From a virus (Duplodnaviria > Caudoviricetes): a stretch of 52,397 nucleotides of DNA. This document shows positions 15,177-25,250 of this stretch, piece by piece. The stretch covers positions 1-52,397 of the IMG/VR virus record IMGVR_UViG_3300030406_002796; one strand, written 5' to 3'. The notes under the pieces were generated by a model, which worked only from the letters and a program-made list of their open reading frames with translations, did no database searches and had not been told where the DNA came from. Both the position numbers and the translations under genes were made by a program. The first letter of the stretch is position 1; every line of letters starts with the position of its first letter.

Positions 15177-15745
15177 TGAATGCTTATAAAGATTTTATTG
15201 TCTCTCCTATTGGTGAGCGCTATGATAATACTAAGCAAGTTGATGACAAAAGATTAATACTTAATACAGAAGTATCAAATCATCAATTTGTAAATAGATT
15301 AGCAAAAGTTATCGCTACTCCATTATTATTTCAATCACCCATTAACGTGGGTGATGAGGTAATAGTTCATCATAATGTTTTTAGAAGATGGTATGATGTT
15401 AAAGGTAGAGAAAAAAATAGTAGATCATATTGGAAAGAAGATAAATATATAATATCAGAAGATCAAATATATTTATACAATAATAAAGCTATGCCTGGCT
15501 ATAGTTTTATTAAACCACTAAAATCTAATGATAAATTTACTAATGACAAAGAAAGACCTTTAATAGGTGTAGTTAAATACTCTGATGGTAGTTTTAATAT
15601 AAATGATTTAGTAGGATTTGCGCCTAGTATGGAGTATGAGTTTATTATAAACGGAGAGAGATTATATAGAGTTATGAATAAATTTATTACAATTAAATAT
15701 GAATATAAAGGAAACGAAGAAGAATATAATCCAAGCTGGGCATAA
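15176..15745 (+). CDS. tandem GroES-like protein
   Basis: Two GroES-like halves: FIVSP...LILNT...AKVIATP...INVGDEVIV and FIKP...GVVKY...NDLVGF...EFIINGERLYRV. Confidence 0.6.
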   Translation: MNAYKDFIVSPIGERYDNTKQVDDKRLILNTEVSNHQFVNRLAKVIATPLLFQSPINVGDEVIVHHNVFRRWYDVKGREKNSRSYWKEDKYIISEDQIYLYNNKAMPGYSFIKPLKSNDKFTNDKERPLIGVVKYSDGSFNINDLVGFAPSMEYEFIINGERLYRVMNKFITIKYEYKGNEEEYNPSWA

Positions 15746-15974
15746 AGCGGTTGAAGAATTAATCAAGGTAGCTAAAGAAGCTATTGTTGATTCTGGAGAT
15801 GATGTTTCCGCTGATAGATTAAAAAATGCAGCTGCTACAAAAAAGTTAGCTATATTTGATGCATTTGAAATATTAAACAGAATCCATGAAGAAGAGGGTT
15901 TATTAGAAGGTAAACCTATAGAAGAAAAGAAAGAGAATAAATTCAAAGGGTTTGCAGAAGGTAGGTCTAAATAA
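15699..15974 (+). CDS. putative terminase small subunit
   Basis: Helical 91-aa protein immediately upstream of terL, TAATG overlap. Confidence 0.45.
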   Translation: MNIKETKKNIIQAGHKAVEELIKVAKEAIVDSGDDVSADRLKNAAATKKLAIFDAFEILNRIHEEEGLLEGKPIEEKKENKFKGFAEGRSK

Positions 15975-16402
15975 TGTATAACCAAAACTTATTTAAGGTT
16001 GTAGAACCTATAAAAATAAATACCATTAAAAGACTTAACAAGTCTAAAAAATGGAAGTATGGTTATGATAAAGAAAATGATATAGTTATTATATCTAAAA
16101 CCGGTATGATCGGCGATATCATAGAAATACAAGGTTTACAAATAGCTTTACCTAAACAACCTAAAGAAATATATAGTTGTAGTAAAATAAAGTCAGAGCA
16201 AAAGTGGAAACAATTTCCAGCTAACTCAGCTTTTAAAAGAATTAAAACTGTATTTGATTGGCAAACATATCCAGATGATTTTAAACAAAGTCATTATGAA
16301 TATATAGACGAAGAGTTTAAAAGAAGAGAAGAAGGTTTTTGGTTTATGAATAATGGCAAGCCAACCTACAGGCACACACTATATGTATTTACAATGGAGT
16401 AA
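15974..16402 (+). CDS. terL: terminase large subunit, N-terminal fragment (frameshifted)
   Basis: ...YIDEEFKRREEGFWFMNNGKPTY continues logically into TGTHYMYLQW in another frame. Confidence 0.7.
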   Translation: MYNQNLFKVVEPIKINTIKRLNKSKKWKYGYDKENDIVIISKTGMIGDIIEIQGLQIALPKQPKEIYSCSKIKSEQKWKQFPANSAFKRIKTVFDWQTYPDDFKQSHYEYIDEEFKRREEGFWFMNNGKPTYRHTLYVFTME

Positions 16403-18203
16403 AATAGATGTAGGCGCGCCAGATTATAGAGAAGCAAATAGATTATTCTATATATTTTGGGAAGCTTGTAAAGCAGATAAAAGAAGTTACGGAATGTGTT
16501 ATTTAAAAAATAGACGTTCTGGTTTTTCATTTATGAGTTCAGCTGAAACTGTTAATTTAGCTACATTAGCTAGTGATAGTAGATTTGGTATATTATCTAA
16601 AACAGGTGCCGATGCAAAGAAAATGTTTACAGACAAAGTAGTACCGATTAGTATTAATTATCCTTTCTTCTTCAAGCCAATACAGGACGGTATGGACCGA
16701 CCAAAGTCCGAGCTCGCTTATAGGGTACCTGCTAAAAAGTTTACTCGTAAAAAAATACGTGAACGTGAAGAGATGGACGACGTTGAAGGTCTTGACACAA
16801 CTATAGACTGGAAAAATACAGGTGACAATAGTTATGATGGTGAAAAACTAAATCTATTAGTTCATGATGAAAGTGGTAAATGGGAAAGACCTGACAATAT
16901 AAAAAATAACTGGAGAGTTACAAAAACTTGTTTGCGATTAGGTAGTAGGATAGTAGGTAAATGTATGATGGGAAGTACATCTAATGCTTTAGATAAAGGA
17001 GGGGATAATTTTAAAAACTTATATTATAATTCAGATGTCACAAAACGAAACAGAAATGGACAAACTAAATCAGGACTTTATTCTTTGTTTATACCCATGG
17101 AGTGGAATTATGAAGGTTTCATTGATGGATATGGACAGCCTGTATTTAACGATCCTAGTGAACCAGCATTTGATCCCCACGGCATAGAGATAGATCAAGG
17201 TGTAATCGATCATTGGGAAAATGAAGCTGATGGTTTAAAAGAAGATCAAGATGCTTTAAATGAATTTTACCGTCAGTTTCCTAGAACAGAAGAACACGCG
17301 TTTAGAGATGAAACAAAAAATAGTTTATTTAATCTTATAAAGATATACGAACAAATAGATTATAACGAAGGTAATAGAAACTCTTCAGTAACTACGGTTG
17401 GTAACTTTCAATGGCTTAATGGGAAAAAAGATACGATGGTTGTTTTTAACCCAAATCCTAACGGTAGATTTAAGGTTAGTTGGGTGCCAAGTTCTAGATT
17501 ACAAAATAACGTTATTATTAAAAATGGCGTACGATATCCAGGTAATGAACACATGGGAGCTTTTGGCTGTGACTCATACGATATATCTGGAACAGTAGAT
17601 AAACGAGGTTCAAAAGGTGCTTTGCATGGCTTAACAAAGTTTTCAATGGAAGATGCGCCAGCAAATACTTTTTTCCTTGAATATATAGCAAAACCTCAAA
17701 CTGCTGAAATATTTTTTGAAGACGTTTTAATGGCATTAGTATTTTATGGAATGCCAATACTTGCTGAAAATAATAAACCAAGATTATTATACTATTTAAG
17801 AAGAAGAGGTTATAGAGGATTTAGTATGAACAGACCTGATAAAGTTTGGAATAAGTTATCAGTTGCAGAAAAGGAAGTAGGTGGTATACCAAACTCTAGT
17901 GAAGATATAAAGCAAGCTCATGCTGCTGCTATTGAAATGTATATCAATGACCATGTTGGATTATTACAAGACGGTACTTATGGTACTATGTATTTTAATG
18001 AAACTTTAAATGACTGGTCTAGGTTTGATATAAATAAAAGAACTAGGCACGATGCTTCAATAAGTTCTGGTTTAGCAATTATGGCTTGTAATAGACATTT
18101 ATATAGACCAAACCCTATTAAACAAAAACAACCATTAAATTTAACTATATCAAAATATAATAATTCTGGATTTTCATCTACGATAATTAAAAATAAAATA
18201 TGA
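16353..18203 (+). CDS. terL: terminase large subunit, ATPase + nuclease part
   Basis: LKNRRSGFS (Walker A-type), LLVHDESGKW (Walker B), GSTSN, FGCDSYD nuclease motif, HDASISSGLA; precedes portal. Confidence 0.9.
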   Translation: MASQPTGTHYMYLQWSKIDVGAPDYREANRLFYIFWEACKADKRSYGMCYLKNRRSGFSFMSSAETVNLATLASDSRFGILSKTGADAKKMFTDKVVPISINYPFFFKPIQDGMDRPKSELAYRVPAKKFTRKKIREREEMDDVEGLDTTIDWKNTGDNSYDGEKLNLLVHDESGKWERPDNIKNNWRVTKTCLRLGSRIVGKCMMGSTSNALDKGGDNFKNLYYNSDVTKRNRNGQTKSGLYSLFIPMEWNYEGFIDGYGQPVFNDPSEPAFDPHGIEIDQGVIDHWENEADGLKEDQDALNEFYRQFPRTEEHAFRDETKNSLFNLIKIYEQIDYNEGNRNSSVTTVGNFQWLNGKKDTMVVFNPNPNGRFKVSWVPSSRLQNNVIIKNGVRYPGNEHMGAFGCDSYDISGTVDKRGSKGALHGLTKFSMEDAPANTFFLEYIAKPQTAEIFFEDVLMALVFYGMPILAENNKPRLLYYLRRRGYRGFSMNRPDKVWNKLSVAEKEVGGIPNSSEDIKQAHAAAIEMYINDHVGLLQDGTYGTMYFNETLNDWSRFDINKRTRHDASISSGLAIMACNRHLYRPNPIKQKQPLNLTISKYNNSGFSSTIIKNKI

Positions 18204-20578
18204 ACTCACAACACTCAATACATTTTCCATCACAAGCTGTTAGCGATTTAGAAAAACTAAGCGAAGATTATGGATTAAAGGTTGCAAGAGCAATACGACA
18301 TGAATGGTTTTCTGGTGCTACATCTAAGTACAATAGTTTTAAAAATAACTTTCACACACTAAGACTTTACGCAAGAGGGGAACAACCTATACAAAAGTAT
18401 AAAAATGAGTTGTCTATAAATGGTGATTTATCTTATTTAAATCTTGATTGGAAGCCAGTACCTATTGTACCTAAGTTTGTTGATATAGTTGTTAATGGTA
18501 TGGCTCAAAGAAATTATCAAATAAACTGTTATTCTCAAGATGAATATGGTGTAAGCAAAAGAACTGAATATATGGAGTCTTTGCTTAGAGATATGAGAGC
18601 TAAAAAGTTTGACAACATAATTCAACAGCAGTATGATATTGATATGAAAGAAAATGAGCCTGAAAAATTACCAGACTCAGAGGAAGAATTAAAGCTTCAT
18701 ATGCAGTTAGATTACAAGCAAGCTGTTGAGTTAGCTGAAGAACAGGCATTAAATGTTTTACTAGAAGGTAGTGATTATGATTTAGTAAGGCGTAGAGTTC
18801 TTTATGACTTAACTGTACTAGGTATCGGTGCTACTAAAACTACATTTGATTTTAGCAGCGGTGCTAAAGCGGAATATGTTGATCCAGCAAATTTAATATA
18901 TTCACACACAGACTCTCCTTATTTTGATGATGTATACTATGTTGGTGAGGTAAAAGAAATACCAATAAACGAACTAGTAAAACAATTTCCTAATTTATCT
19001 GAAAAAGAAATAAAAGAAGTAGCAGATAAACAATATAGACCTTTAGATCATACATCTAACTACGATAAAAATAAAGTAAACGTTCTTTACTTTAATTACA
19101 AAACACACATGAATAATGTTTATAAGTTAAAAAAGTTAGGAACTGGAGCTGAAAGAGTTATTGAAAAAGATGATACGTTTGATCCACCTGTTGAAAGCAT
19201 GGATGGTGAATTTAAAAAACTAGAAAGAGTTGTTGAGACTTTATACGAAGGTGTTTACTTAATAGGCTCAGATAAAATACTTAGTTGGAAAATGTGCGAT
19301 AACATGATGCGTACAGACTCTGATTTTAGTAGAGTAAAAATGAATTACCAAATTGTAGCGCCTAGGTTATATGAAGGTAGAATAGAAAGCTTAGTAAGTA
19401 GAATAACTAGCTTTGCAGATATGATACAGTTAACACATTTAAAGTTACAGCAAGTTATGGCGCGTATGGTTCCAGATGGTGTATACTTAGATGCTGATGG
19501 TTTAGCTGAAATAGATTTAGGTAACGGAACAAACTATAATCCGCAAGAAGCTTTAAATATGTTTTTTCAAACTGGTTCTGTTATTGGTAGAAGTTTTACA
19601 TCAGAGGGCGATCCTAATCCTGGTAAAGTTCCAATACAACAAATAAGCAATGGTGTTAATAGTGGTAAGTTACAAAGTTTAATTTCAACTTACAATTATT
19701 ACTTACAAATGATACGTGACGTAACCGGATTAAATGAAGCAAGAGATGCTAGCACACCTGATCGTAACGCATTAGTTGGTGTACAAAAAATGGCAGCTGC
19801 TAATTCTAATACAGCTACCAGACATATTTTACAATCAATGCTATTTATAACTGCTCAAGTTGCAGAGTGCTTATCATTACGTATAGCTGATATCATAGAG
19901 TACTCACCAACTAAAGATGCTTTTGTTAGAGCATTAGGCGCTCATAACGTCGCTACGTTAGATGAAATGAAAAACTTACATTTATATGACTTTGGTATAT
20001 TTATAGAGTTAATGCCAGATGATGAGGAAAAACAAATGTTAGAAAACAATATACAAGTTTCTTTACAGCAAGGTAGTATAGATTTAGATGATGCTATTGA
20101 TTTGCGTAATATAAGAAACGTAAAGTTAGCTAATCAAATGCTTAAAGTAAAAAGAAAAAAGAAACAAGAAAGAGATCAGCAAATGCAACAACAAAATATG
20201 CAAGCACAAGCTCAAGCTAACGCACAAGCACAACAAGCTGCAGCACAAGCTGAAATACAAAAAAATCAAGCAAAGATGCAGGCTGAAATGCAATTAGAAC
20301 AAACTAGAGGTCAATTAAAATCTCAGTACTTACAAGCTGAAGTTTTAGCTAAAAAACAACTAATGGCTTACGAGTTTGAATTAAACTCTAAAATGGAAGC
20401 TATGAAACAAAGAGTTTCTAATGAAAGAGAAGATGAAAGAGAAAACAGAAGAGATAATAGAGTAGATATGCAAGCTCAACATCAAATGAATATGATTCAA
20501 AGAAGAACTGAGGGTAATCCACTTAAAAGCTTTGAGTCATCAGGTAATGATACTATAACGGGGAGCGCTAATATGTAA
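18200..20578 (+). CDS. portal protein
   Basis: 792 aa after terL; LDWKPVPIVPKFVDIVVNG, IRDVTGLNEARD, Q-rich C-terminal coiled coil. Confidence 0.85.
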   Translation: MNSQHSIHFPSQAVSDLEKLSEDYGLKVARAIRHEWFSGATSKYNSFKNNFHTLRLYARGEQPIQKYKNELSINGDLSYLNLDWKPVPIVPKFVDIVVNGMAQRNYQINCYSQDEYGVSKRTEYMESLLRDMRAKKFDNIIQQQYDIDMKENEPEKLPDSEEELKLHMQLDYKQAVELAEEQALNVLLEGSDYDLVRRRVLYDLTVLGIGATKTTFDFSSGAKAEYVDPANLIYSHTDSPYFDDVYYVGEVKEIPINELVKQFPNLSEKEIKEVADKQYRPLDHTSNYDKNKVNVLYFNYKTHMNNVYKLKKLGTGAERVIEKDDTFDPPVESMDGEFKKLERVVETLYEGVYLIGSDKILSWKMCDNMMRTDSDFSRVKMNYQIVAPRLYEGRIESLVSRITSFADMIQLTHLKLQQVMARMVPDGVYLDADGLAEIDLGNGTNYNPQEALNMFFQTGSVIGRSFTSEGDPNPGKVPIQQISNGVNSGKLQSLISTYNYYLQMIRDVTGLNEARDASTPDRNALVGVQKMAAANSNTATRHILQSMLFITAQVAECLSLRIADIIEYSPTKDAFVRALGAHNVATLDEMKNLHLYDFGIFIELMPDDEEKQMLENNIQVSLQQGSIDLDDAIDLRNIRNVKLANQMLKVKRKKKQERDQQMQQQNMQAQAQANAQAQQAAAQAEIQKNQAKMQAEMQLEQTRGQLKSQYLQAEVLAKKQLMAYEFELNSKMEAMKQRVSNEREDERENRRDNRVDMQAQHQMNMIQRRTEGNPLKSFESSGNDTITGSANM

Positions 20579-20612
20579 TCTCTTAATTTTTAATATTTTA
20601 TAAAATTTTATT

Positions 20613-21791
20613 ATGGAAGAACTAAATGAAGAAGTTGTTGAAGAGACAACTGAATCTGTCGATCAGACAGAAGAAAATAACGAACAACCTTTAGAAGAAG
20701 AGGTTGAACAAGTAATAGATAACACTAAGTTTGACAGTGCTGATGATGAAAGTGTATTTAAAGTAGACTTAGACATGCCACCAAAAGCTGAAGATATCGT
20801 AGACGAGCAAGATAACGTAGAACAAGAGGTAGTTGAAGAAGTTTCAGAGCAACCTATAATGGAAGAGGTTACAGAAGAAGAGCCTCAAACGGTTGAACAA
20901 GCTGAAGAAATAATTGAAGAAGCGGTTGAAGAAATGCAAGAGACTGGTCAACCATTACCAGAAAATGTAGAGAAGTTAATAAACTTTATGCAAGAAACTG
21001 GTGGTGATTTAAACGACTATGTACAATTAAACAGAGATGTTTCTAAAATGGATGATTCTGATATACTAGATGAATACTATAGATCAACCAAATCTCATTT
21101 GTCAGCTGAAGAAAGAAACTTTTTATTAGAAGACACCTTTGGTGTTGATGAAGAAATTGACGACGAGAAAACAATACGTAAAAAGAAAATAGCCCTTAAA
21201 GAGCAAGTTGCCGAGGCTAAAGCCTACTTAGACGGGCAAAAGTCTAAATACTATGATGAAATTAAATTAGGGTCAAAGTTGACACCTGAACAGCAAGAAG
21301 CTATTAATTTTTATCATCAATATAATGAAGATCTGAAAAATCAACAGGAAGTATCTGACGCAAGTCAAAGTGCTTTTATTAAACAAACCAATAATGTTTT
21401 TAATAATAACTTCAAAGGTTTTGAATATAATGTTGGAGACAAAGTTTATAGGTTTAATGTTAAAGATGTAGATAAAGTAAAAGAAACTCAAAGTGATCTT
21501 AATAATTTCGTAAACAAGTTTGTTGGCGAAGATGAAACAACTATTAAAGATGCTATAGGTTATCACAAATCTTTATATACAGCTATGAATCCAGATGCTA
21601 TTGCTAAGCATTTTTATGAGCAAGGTAAAGCGGATGCTATAAAAGAAAGAGTTGCTAAAGATAAAAATATTAATTTAGAACCTAGAAAAACACACGGTGA
21701 ATTTAATGCAGGTGGTGTTAAATATAAGGTTGTAGGTCAAAATGCTTCTGACATGAGAAACAGATCTTTTAAGATTAGAAAAAGAAAATAA
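20613..21791 (+). CDS. capsid scaffolding protein (putative)
   Basis: Very acidic N-terminus, position between portal and capsid. Confidence 0.7.
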   Translation: MEELNEEVVEETTESVDQTEENNEQPLEEEVEQVIDNTKFDSADDESVFKVDLDMPPKAEDIVDEQDNVEQEVVEEVSEQPIMEEVTEEEPQTVEQAEEIIEEAVEEMQETGQPLPENVEKLINFMQETGGDLNDYVQLNRDVSKMDDSDILDEYYRSTKSHLSAEERNFLLEDTFGVDEEIDDEKTIRKKKIALKEQVAEAKAYLDGQKSKYYDEIKLGSKLTPEQQEAINFYHQYNEDLKNQQEVSDASQSAFIKQTNNVFNNNFKGFEYNVGDKVYRFNVKDVDKVKETQSDLNNFVNKFVGEDETTIKDAIGYHKSLYTAMNPDAIAKHFYEQGKADAIKERVAKDKNINLEPRKTHGEFNAGGVKYKVVGQNASDMRNRSFKIRKRK

Positions 21792-21812
21792 CAATTTTAA
21801 AATAAATTAATT

Positions 21813-23345
21813 ATGGCAATTACAAATGGAAATAATTTGAATAGTGTTCCTTCGCATCAGCAAATGACACTATCTACAAATTACTTAGATTTTACATCGG
21901 GCTCTAACGACTGGGCTCAACAATACTTGCCTGAACTTATGGAAAAAGAAGCTGAGGTTTTCGGACCGAGAACTATCTCAGGTTTCTTAGACAAAGTTGG
22001 GGCAGAAGAATCTATGTCTTCAGACCAAGTAGTTTGGTCGGAGCAAGGTAGATTACACTTATCTTATAAAGGTAAGGTAACTTCAGCAGCTGGCGGTACT
22101 GATTCATGTGCGCAAATACTAATTCAATTTGATATTGATGAAGCAGAAGGTAACAACTCTGGTATTAGTACTGGCGCTCTTGGAGCTTCAGCTTCACCAG
22201 CGTTTTTAAATCACGGTATTAGAGTTAACGACACTATTATAGTAGCTGATGCTACAAACGGTGTTGTTAAAATGATAGTTACTAAAGCTGACGCTGATAC
22301 AATTGAAGCTGCTACTTATAACACTGCGGCTGCGCTTTCTGGTACTACTACTGATAAACAAACAACTATATTAGTTTATGGTTCTGAATTTACAAAAGGT
22401 TCTAGATATAACAACGCTGACGGTTCATCTGGAGGTTCAGATTCTAGACCTTCTAACGAACCAGCTTTCAAAACTTTTACTAACAAGCCAATTATTATGA
22501 AAGACTACTTTGAAGTATCAGGATCTGATACAGGTAGAATCGGTTGGGTAGAAGTTGCTTCTGAAAGTGGACAATCAGGATATCTTTGGTATCTAAAAGC
22601 TGAGTCTGATACAAGAGCTAGATTCAATGACTACATTGAGATGGCAATGTTAGAAGCAGAAAAATTAGATGGTAGTGGTATAGCTGATACTGCTGGTAAT
22701 GTTTTAGATAGAGATCCTGTTGGTACTGAAGGTTTGTTTGCTGCTATTGAAGATAGAGGTAATTTAACTTCTGGTGTAACAGGTGTTAACGCTGCTACTG
22801 ATTTAGCAGAGTTTGACGCTATCTTAGCTGAGTTCGATAAGCAAGGTGCTATTGAAGAATACATGATGTTTATTAACAGAGCTACTAGTTTAGCTGTTGA
22901 TGATATGTTAGCTTCAATGAATTCTTACGGAGCTGGTGGTACTTCTTACGGAGTATTTGACAACGACGAAGATATGGCATTAAACTTAGGTTTCTCAGGA
23001 TTTAGAAGAGGTTCTTATGACTTCTACAAATCTGACTTTAGATACTTAAATGACAAAGCTACAAGAGGTGGAATTAACGATGCTGCTGGTTCTGAAGCAA
23101 TCAGAGGTGTTATGATTCCAGCTGGTGTTTCTACAGTTTATGACCAAACTATGGGTAAAAACTTGAAGAGACCTTTCTTACACGTTAGATATAGAGCTTC
23201 ACAAACAGACAATAGAAAAATGAAAACTTGGACTACTGGTTCTGTTGGTGCTGCTACATCAGCGTTAGATGCAATGCAACTACACTTCTTAACTGAAAGA
23301 TGTTTAGTTGTTCAAGGCGCTAACAACTTTATGTTAATGAAGTAA
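21813..23345 (+). CDS. major capsid protein
   Basis: 510 aa after scaffold; WAQQYLPEL, WSEQGRLH, GTEGLFAAIEDRGN, LGFSGFRRGSYDFYK; followed by terminator. Confidence 0.85.
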   Translation: MAITNGNNLNSVPSHQQMTLSTNYLDFTSGSNDWAQQYLPELMEKEAEVFGPRTISGFLDKVGAEESMSSDQVVWSEQGRLHLSYKGKVTSAAGGTDSCAQILIQFDIDEAEGNNSGISTGALGASASPAFLNHGIRVNDTIIVADATNGVVKMIVTKADADTIEAATYNTAAALSGTTTDKQTTILVYGSEFTKGSRYNNADGSSGGSDSRPSNEPAFKTFTNKPIIMKDYFEVSGSDTGRIGWVEVASESGQSGYLWYLKAESDTRARFNDYIEMAMLEAEKLDGSGIADTAGNVLDRDPVGTEGLFAAIEDRGNLTSGVTGVNAATDLAEFDAILAEFDKQGAIEEYMMFINRATSLAVDDMLASMNSYGAGGTSYGVFDNDEDMALNLGFSGFRRGSYDFYKSDFRYLNDKATRGGINDAAGSEAIRGVMIPAGVSTVYDQTMGKNLKRPFLHVRYRASQTDNRKMKTWTTGSVGAATSALDAMQLHFLTERCLVVQGANNFMLMK

Positions 23346-23356
23346 GACTATTTATT

Positions 23357-23390
23357 TATAAGGGCGGTCTAGTATCGCCCTTATATTTTT
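23357..23390 (+). terminator. intrinsic terminator
   Basis: ATAAGGGCGGT-CTAGT-ATCGCCCTTAT followed by T-run. Confidence 0.8.
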
Positions 23391-23414
23391 ATTAATTATA
23401 TTATATATTATATT

Positions 23415-24239
23415 ATGGCAAAGAAAAAACAAGTGACTAAGGTTGTAGAACCTGTTGCTGAAGAAACAATGGTTGTTGAACAACCTAAGGTTGAAGCTCC
23501 TAAAATAAAAGCTAAACCAAAGTGGGAAATAAAAGATAGGATGTATTATTTAAAAGGTAGAAAATCACCTTTATCTAGATCTATAAAATCTGCTAACTTA
23601 TTTTGGTTTGATGAAGAAAAAGGTTACGAAAGGGAAATAAAGTATTGTCAAAATCAAAGAACAGTTTTTGTTGACGAAATGAAAGGTGATCAAAGATTAG
23701 AACACGTTGTATTTAGAAGTGGTTCATTGTTTGTACCAAAAGAAAAAACAACTTTACAAAAGTTTTTATCTTTATACCACCCTGATAATAATAAAATATT
23801 TTATGAATATAAACCTGTTGAGGTAGCCGAAGCTGAAATAGATAGACTTGAAATGGAAGCTGATGCAATATTAATGGCTAGACAAATGGATATTGATATG
23901 GTAGAAGCTATTATGAGAGTAGAGAAAGGATCTGAGGTATCTAAGATGAGTTCTAAGGAACTTAAAAGAGATTTGCTACTATTTGCTAGGAATAATCCTA
24001 AACTGTTAATAGAGCTAGCTACAGATGATAATGTTCAGCTTAGAAACTTTGGTATTAAAGCTGTTGAAGAAGGAATATTAAAACTATCAAATGACCAACG
24101 ATATTTTTCATGGGCGTCTACTGGTAGAAAATTAATGACAATTCCTTTTGATGAGCATCCATATACAGCATTAGCACATTGGTTTAAAACTGATGAAGGT
24201 ATGGAGATATATCAAAACATAGAAAAAAGATTTAACTAA
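23415..24239 (+). CDS. conserved hypothetical protein
   Basis: 274-aa ORF after capsid. Confidence 0.75.
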   Translation: MAKKKQVTKVVEPVAEETMVVEQPKVEAPKIKAKPKWEIKDRMYYLKGRKSPLSRSIKSANLFWFDEEKGYEREIKYCQNQRTVFVDEMKGDQRLEHVVFRSGSLFVPKEKTTLQKFLSLYHPDNNKIFYEYKPVEVAEAEIDRLEMEADAILMARQMDIDMVEAIMRVEKGSEVSKMSSKELKRDLLLFARNNPKLLIELATDDNVQLRNFGIKAVEEGILKLSNDQRYFSWASTGRKLMTIPFDEHPYTALAHWFKTDEGMEIYQNIEKRFN

Positions 24240-24258
24240 TAATCTTTTAACTAATATT

Positions 24259-24292
24259 AATAGCCACTCATTACGGGTGGCTATTTTTATTT
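24259..24292 (+). terminator. intrinsic terminator
   Basis: AATAGCCACTC-ATTAC-GGGTGGCTATT followed by T-run. Confidence 0.8.
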
Positions 24293-24314
24293 AGGCTAAC
24301 CTTTCACTTTATTA

Positions 24315-24332
24315 TGTAACTATAATATAGTA
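24315..24332 (+). promoter_or_regulatory. putative late promoter motif
   Basis: TGTAACTATAATATAGTA right after terminator. Confidence 0.55.
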
Positions 24333-24346
24333 TAAAATGCACTAAT

Positions 24347-24514
24347 ATGAATAAATCAAAAGGACTTGGCGATACTGTAGAAAAATTTACTAGAGCTACT
24401 GGAATAAAATCTTTAACTGAGCTTGCTGTAAGAGCAGCTGGTTACAAAGATTGTGGTTGTGATAAAAGAAAAAAATGGCTTAATCAACAATTTCCTTATT
24501 ATAAACAAAAATAA
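24347..24514 (+). CDS. 55-aa hypothetical protein with CGC motif
   Basis: Manual translation MNKSKGLGDTVEKFTRATGIK...KDCGCDKRKKWLNQQFPYYKQK. Confidence 0.7.
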   Translation: MNKSKGLGDTVEKFTRATGIKSLTELAVRAAGYKDCGCDKRKKWLNQQFPYYKQK

Positions 24515-24516
24515 TT

Positions 24517-25248
24517 ATGGCTGTAGACATAGATAACGTATATCAAAAAGTATTAGCGCTAGCTAATAAAGAACAAAGAGGCTATATAACTCCGCAAGAA
24601 TTTAATCTATTTGCTGACAAAGCACAAAACGAAATATTCGATAATTACTTTCATGGATTTAAAACTGCACAAAGAAAACCTAGCGATCAAATGCTATATG
24701 CTGATGAGGTTGAAATGCTAGAAGAAAAGCTACACCCTTTCCATGTTGACACAACTGTTAATGTTACAGCTTCTACTTTAACTCTTCCAGAGATTCATAA
24801 AATAATTAGTATTACTAGAGCAAATGGAACTCAACTATCTCAAGTTAATAAAACTCAAATAACATTTACCGAAGGCAATCCTTTAACTAAAGCTGTTTTA
24901 AAAAGATCTGTATTTGTAAGAGAAGATTCAAGCACTGTAACGGTTTATCCACCAGCTTCTTCTGCTACTTATAATGTAGATACAGATGGTAATGGCTCAA
25001 ATGATGCAGAGGGTTTTGAAGTTAGTTATTATAGAGCACCTTCAACTCCTAACTGGTCATATGTAGTTGCCGCAGAAAAAGCTTTATATAATGCTAATGG
25101 TTCAACTAACTTTGAATTACACGTTGGTGAAGAAGAAAATTTAGTATCAAGAATACTTATGTTAGCTGGTGTTACTATACAAAAACCAGAAATACAGCAA
25201 GCTGGTATTCAAGATATACAACTAATGAAACAACAACAAAATAGTTAA
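24517..25248 (+). CDS. head-tail adaptor / tail tubular protein (putative)
   Basis: VYQKVLALANKEQRGYITPQEFNLFA; position in tail module. Confidence 0.6.
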   Translation: MAVDIDNVYQKVLALANKEQRGYITPQEFNLFADKAQNEIFDNYFHGFKTAQRKPSDQMLYADEVEMLEEKLHPFHVDTTVNVTASTLTLPEIHKIISITRANGTQLSQVNKTQITFTEGNPLTKAVLKRSVFVREDSSTVTVYPPASSATYNVDTDGNGSNDAEGFEVSYYRAPSTPNWSYVVAAEKALYNANGSTNFELHVGEEENLVSRILMLAGVTIQKPEIQQAGIQDIQLMKQQQNS

Positions 25249-25250
25249 TT

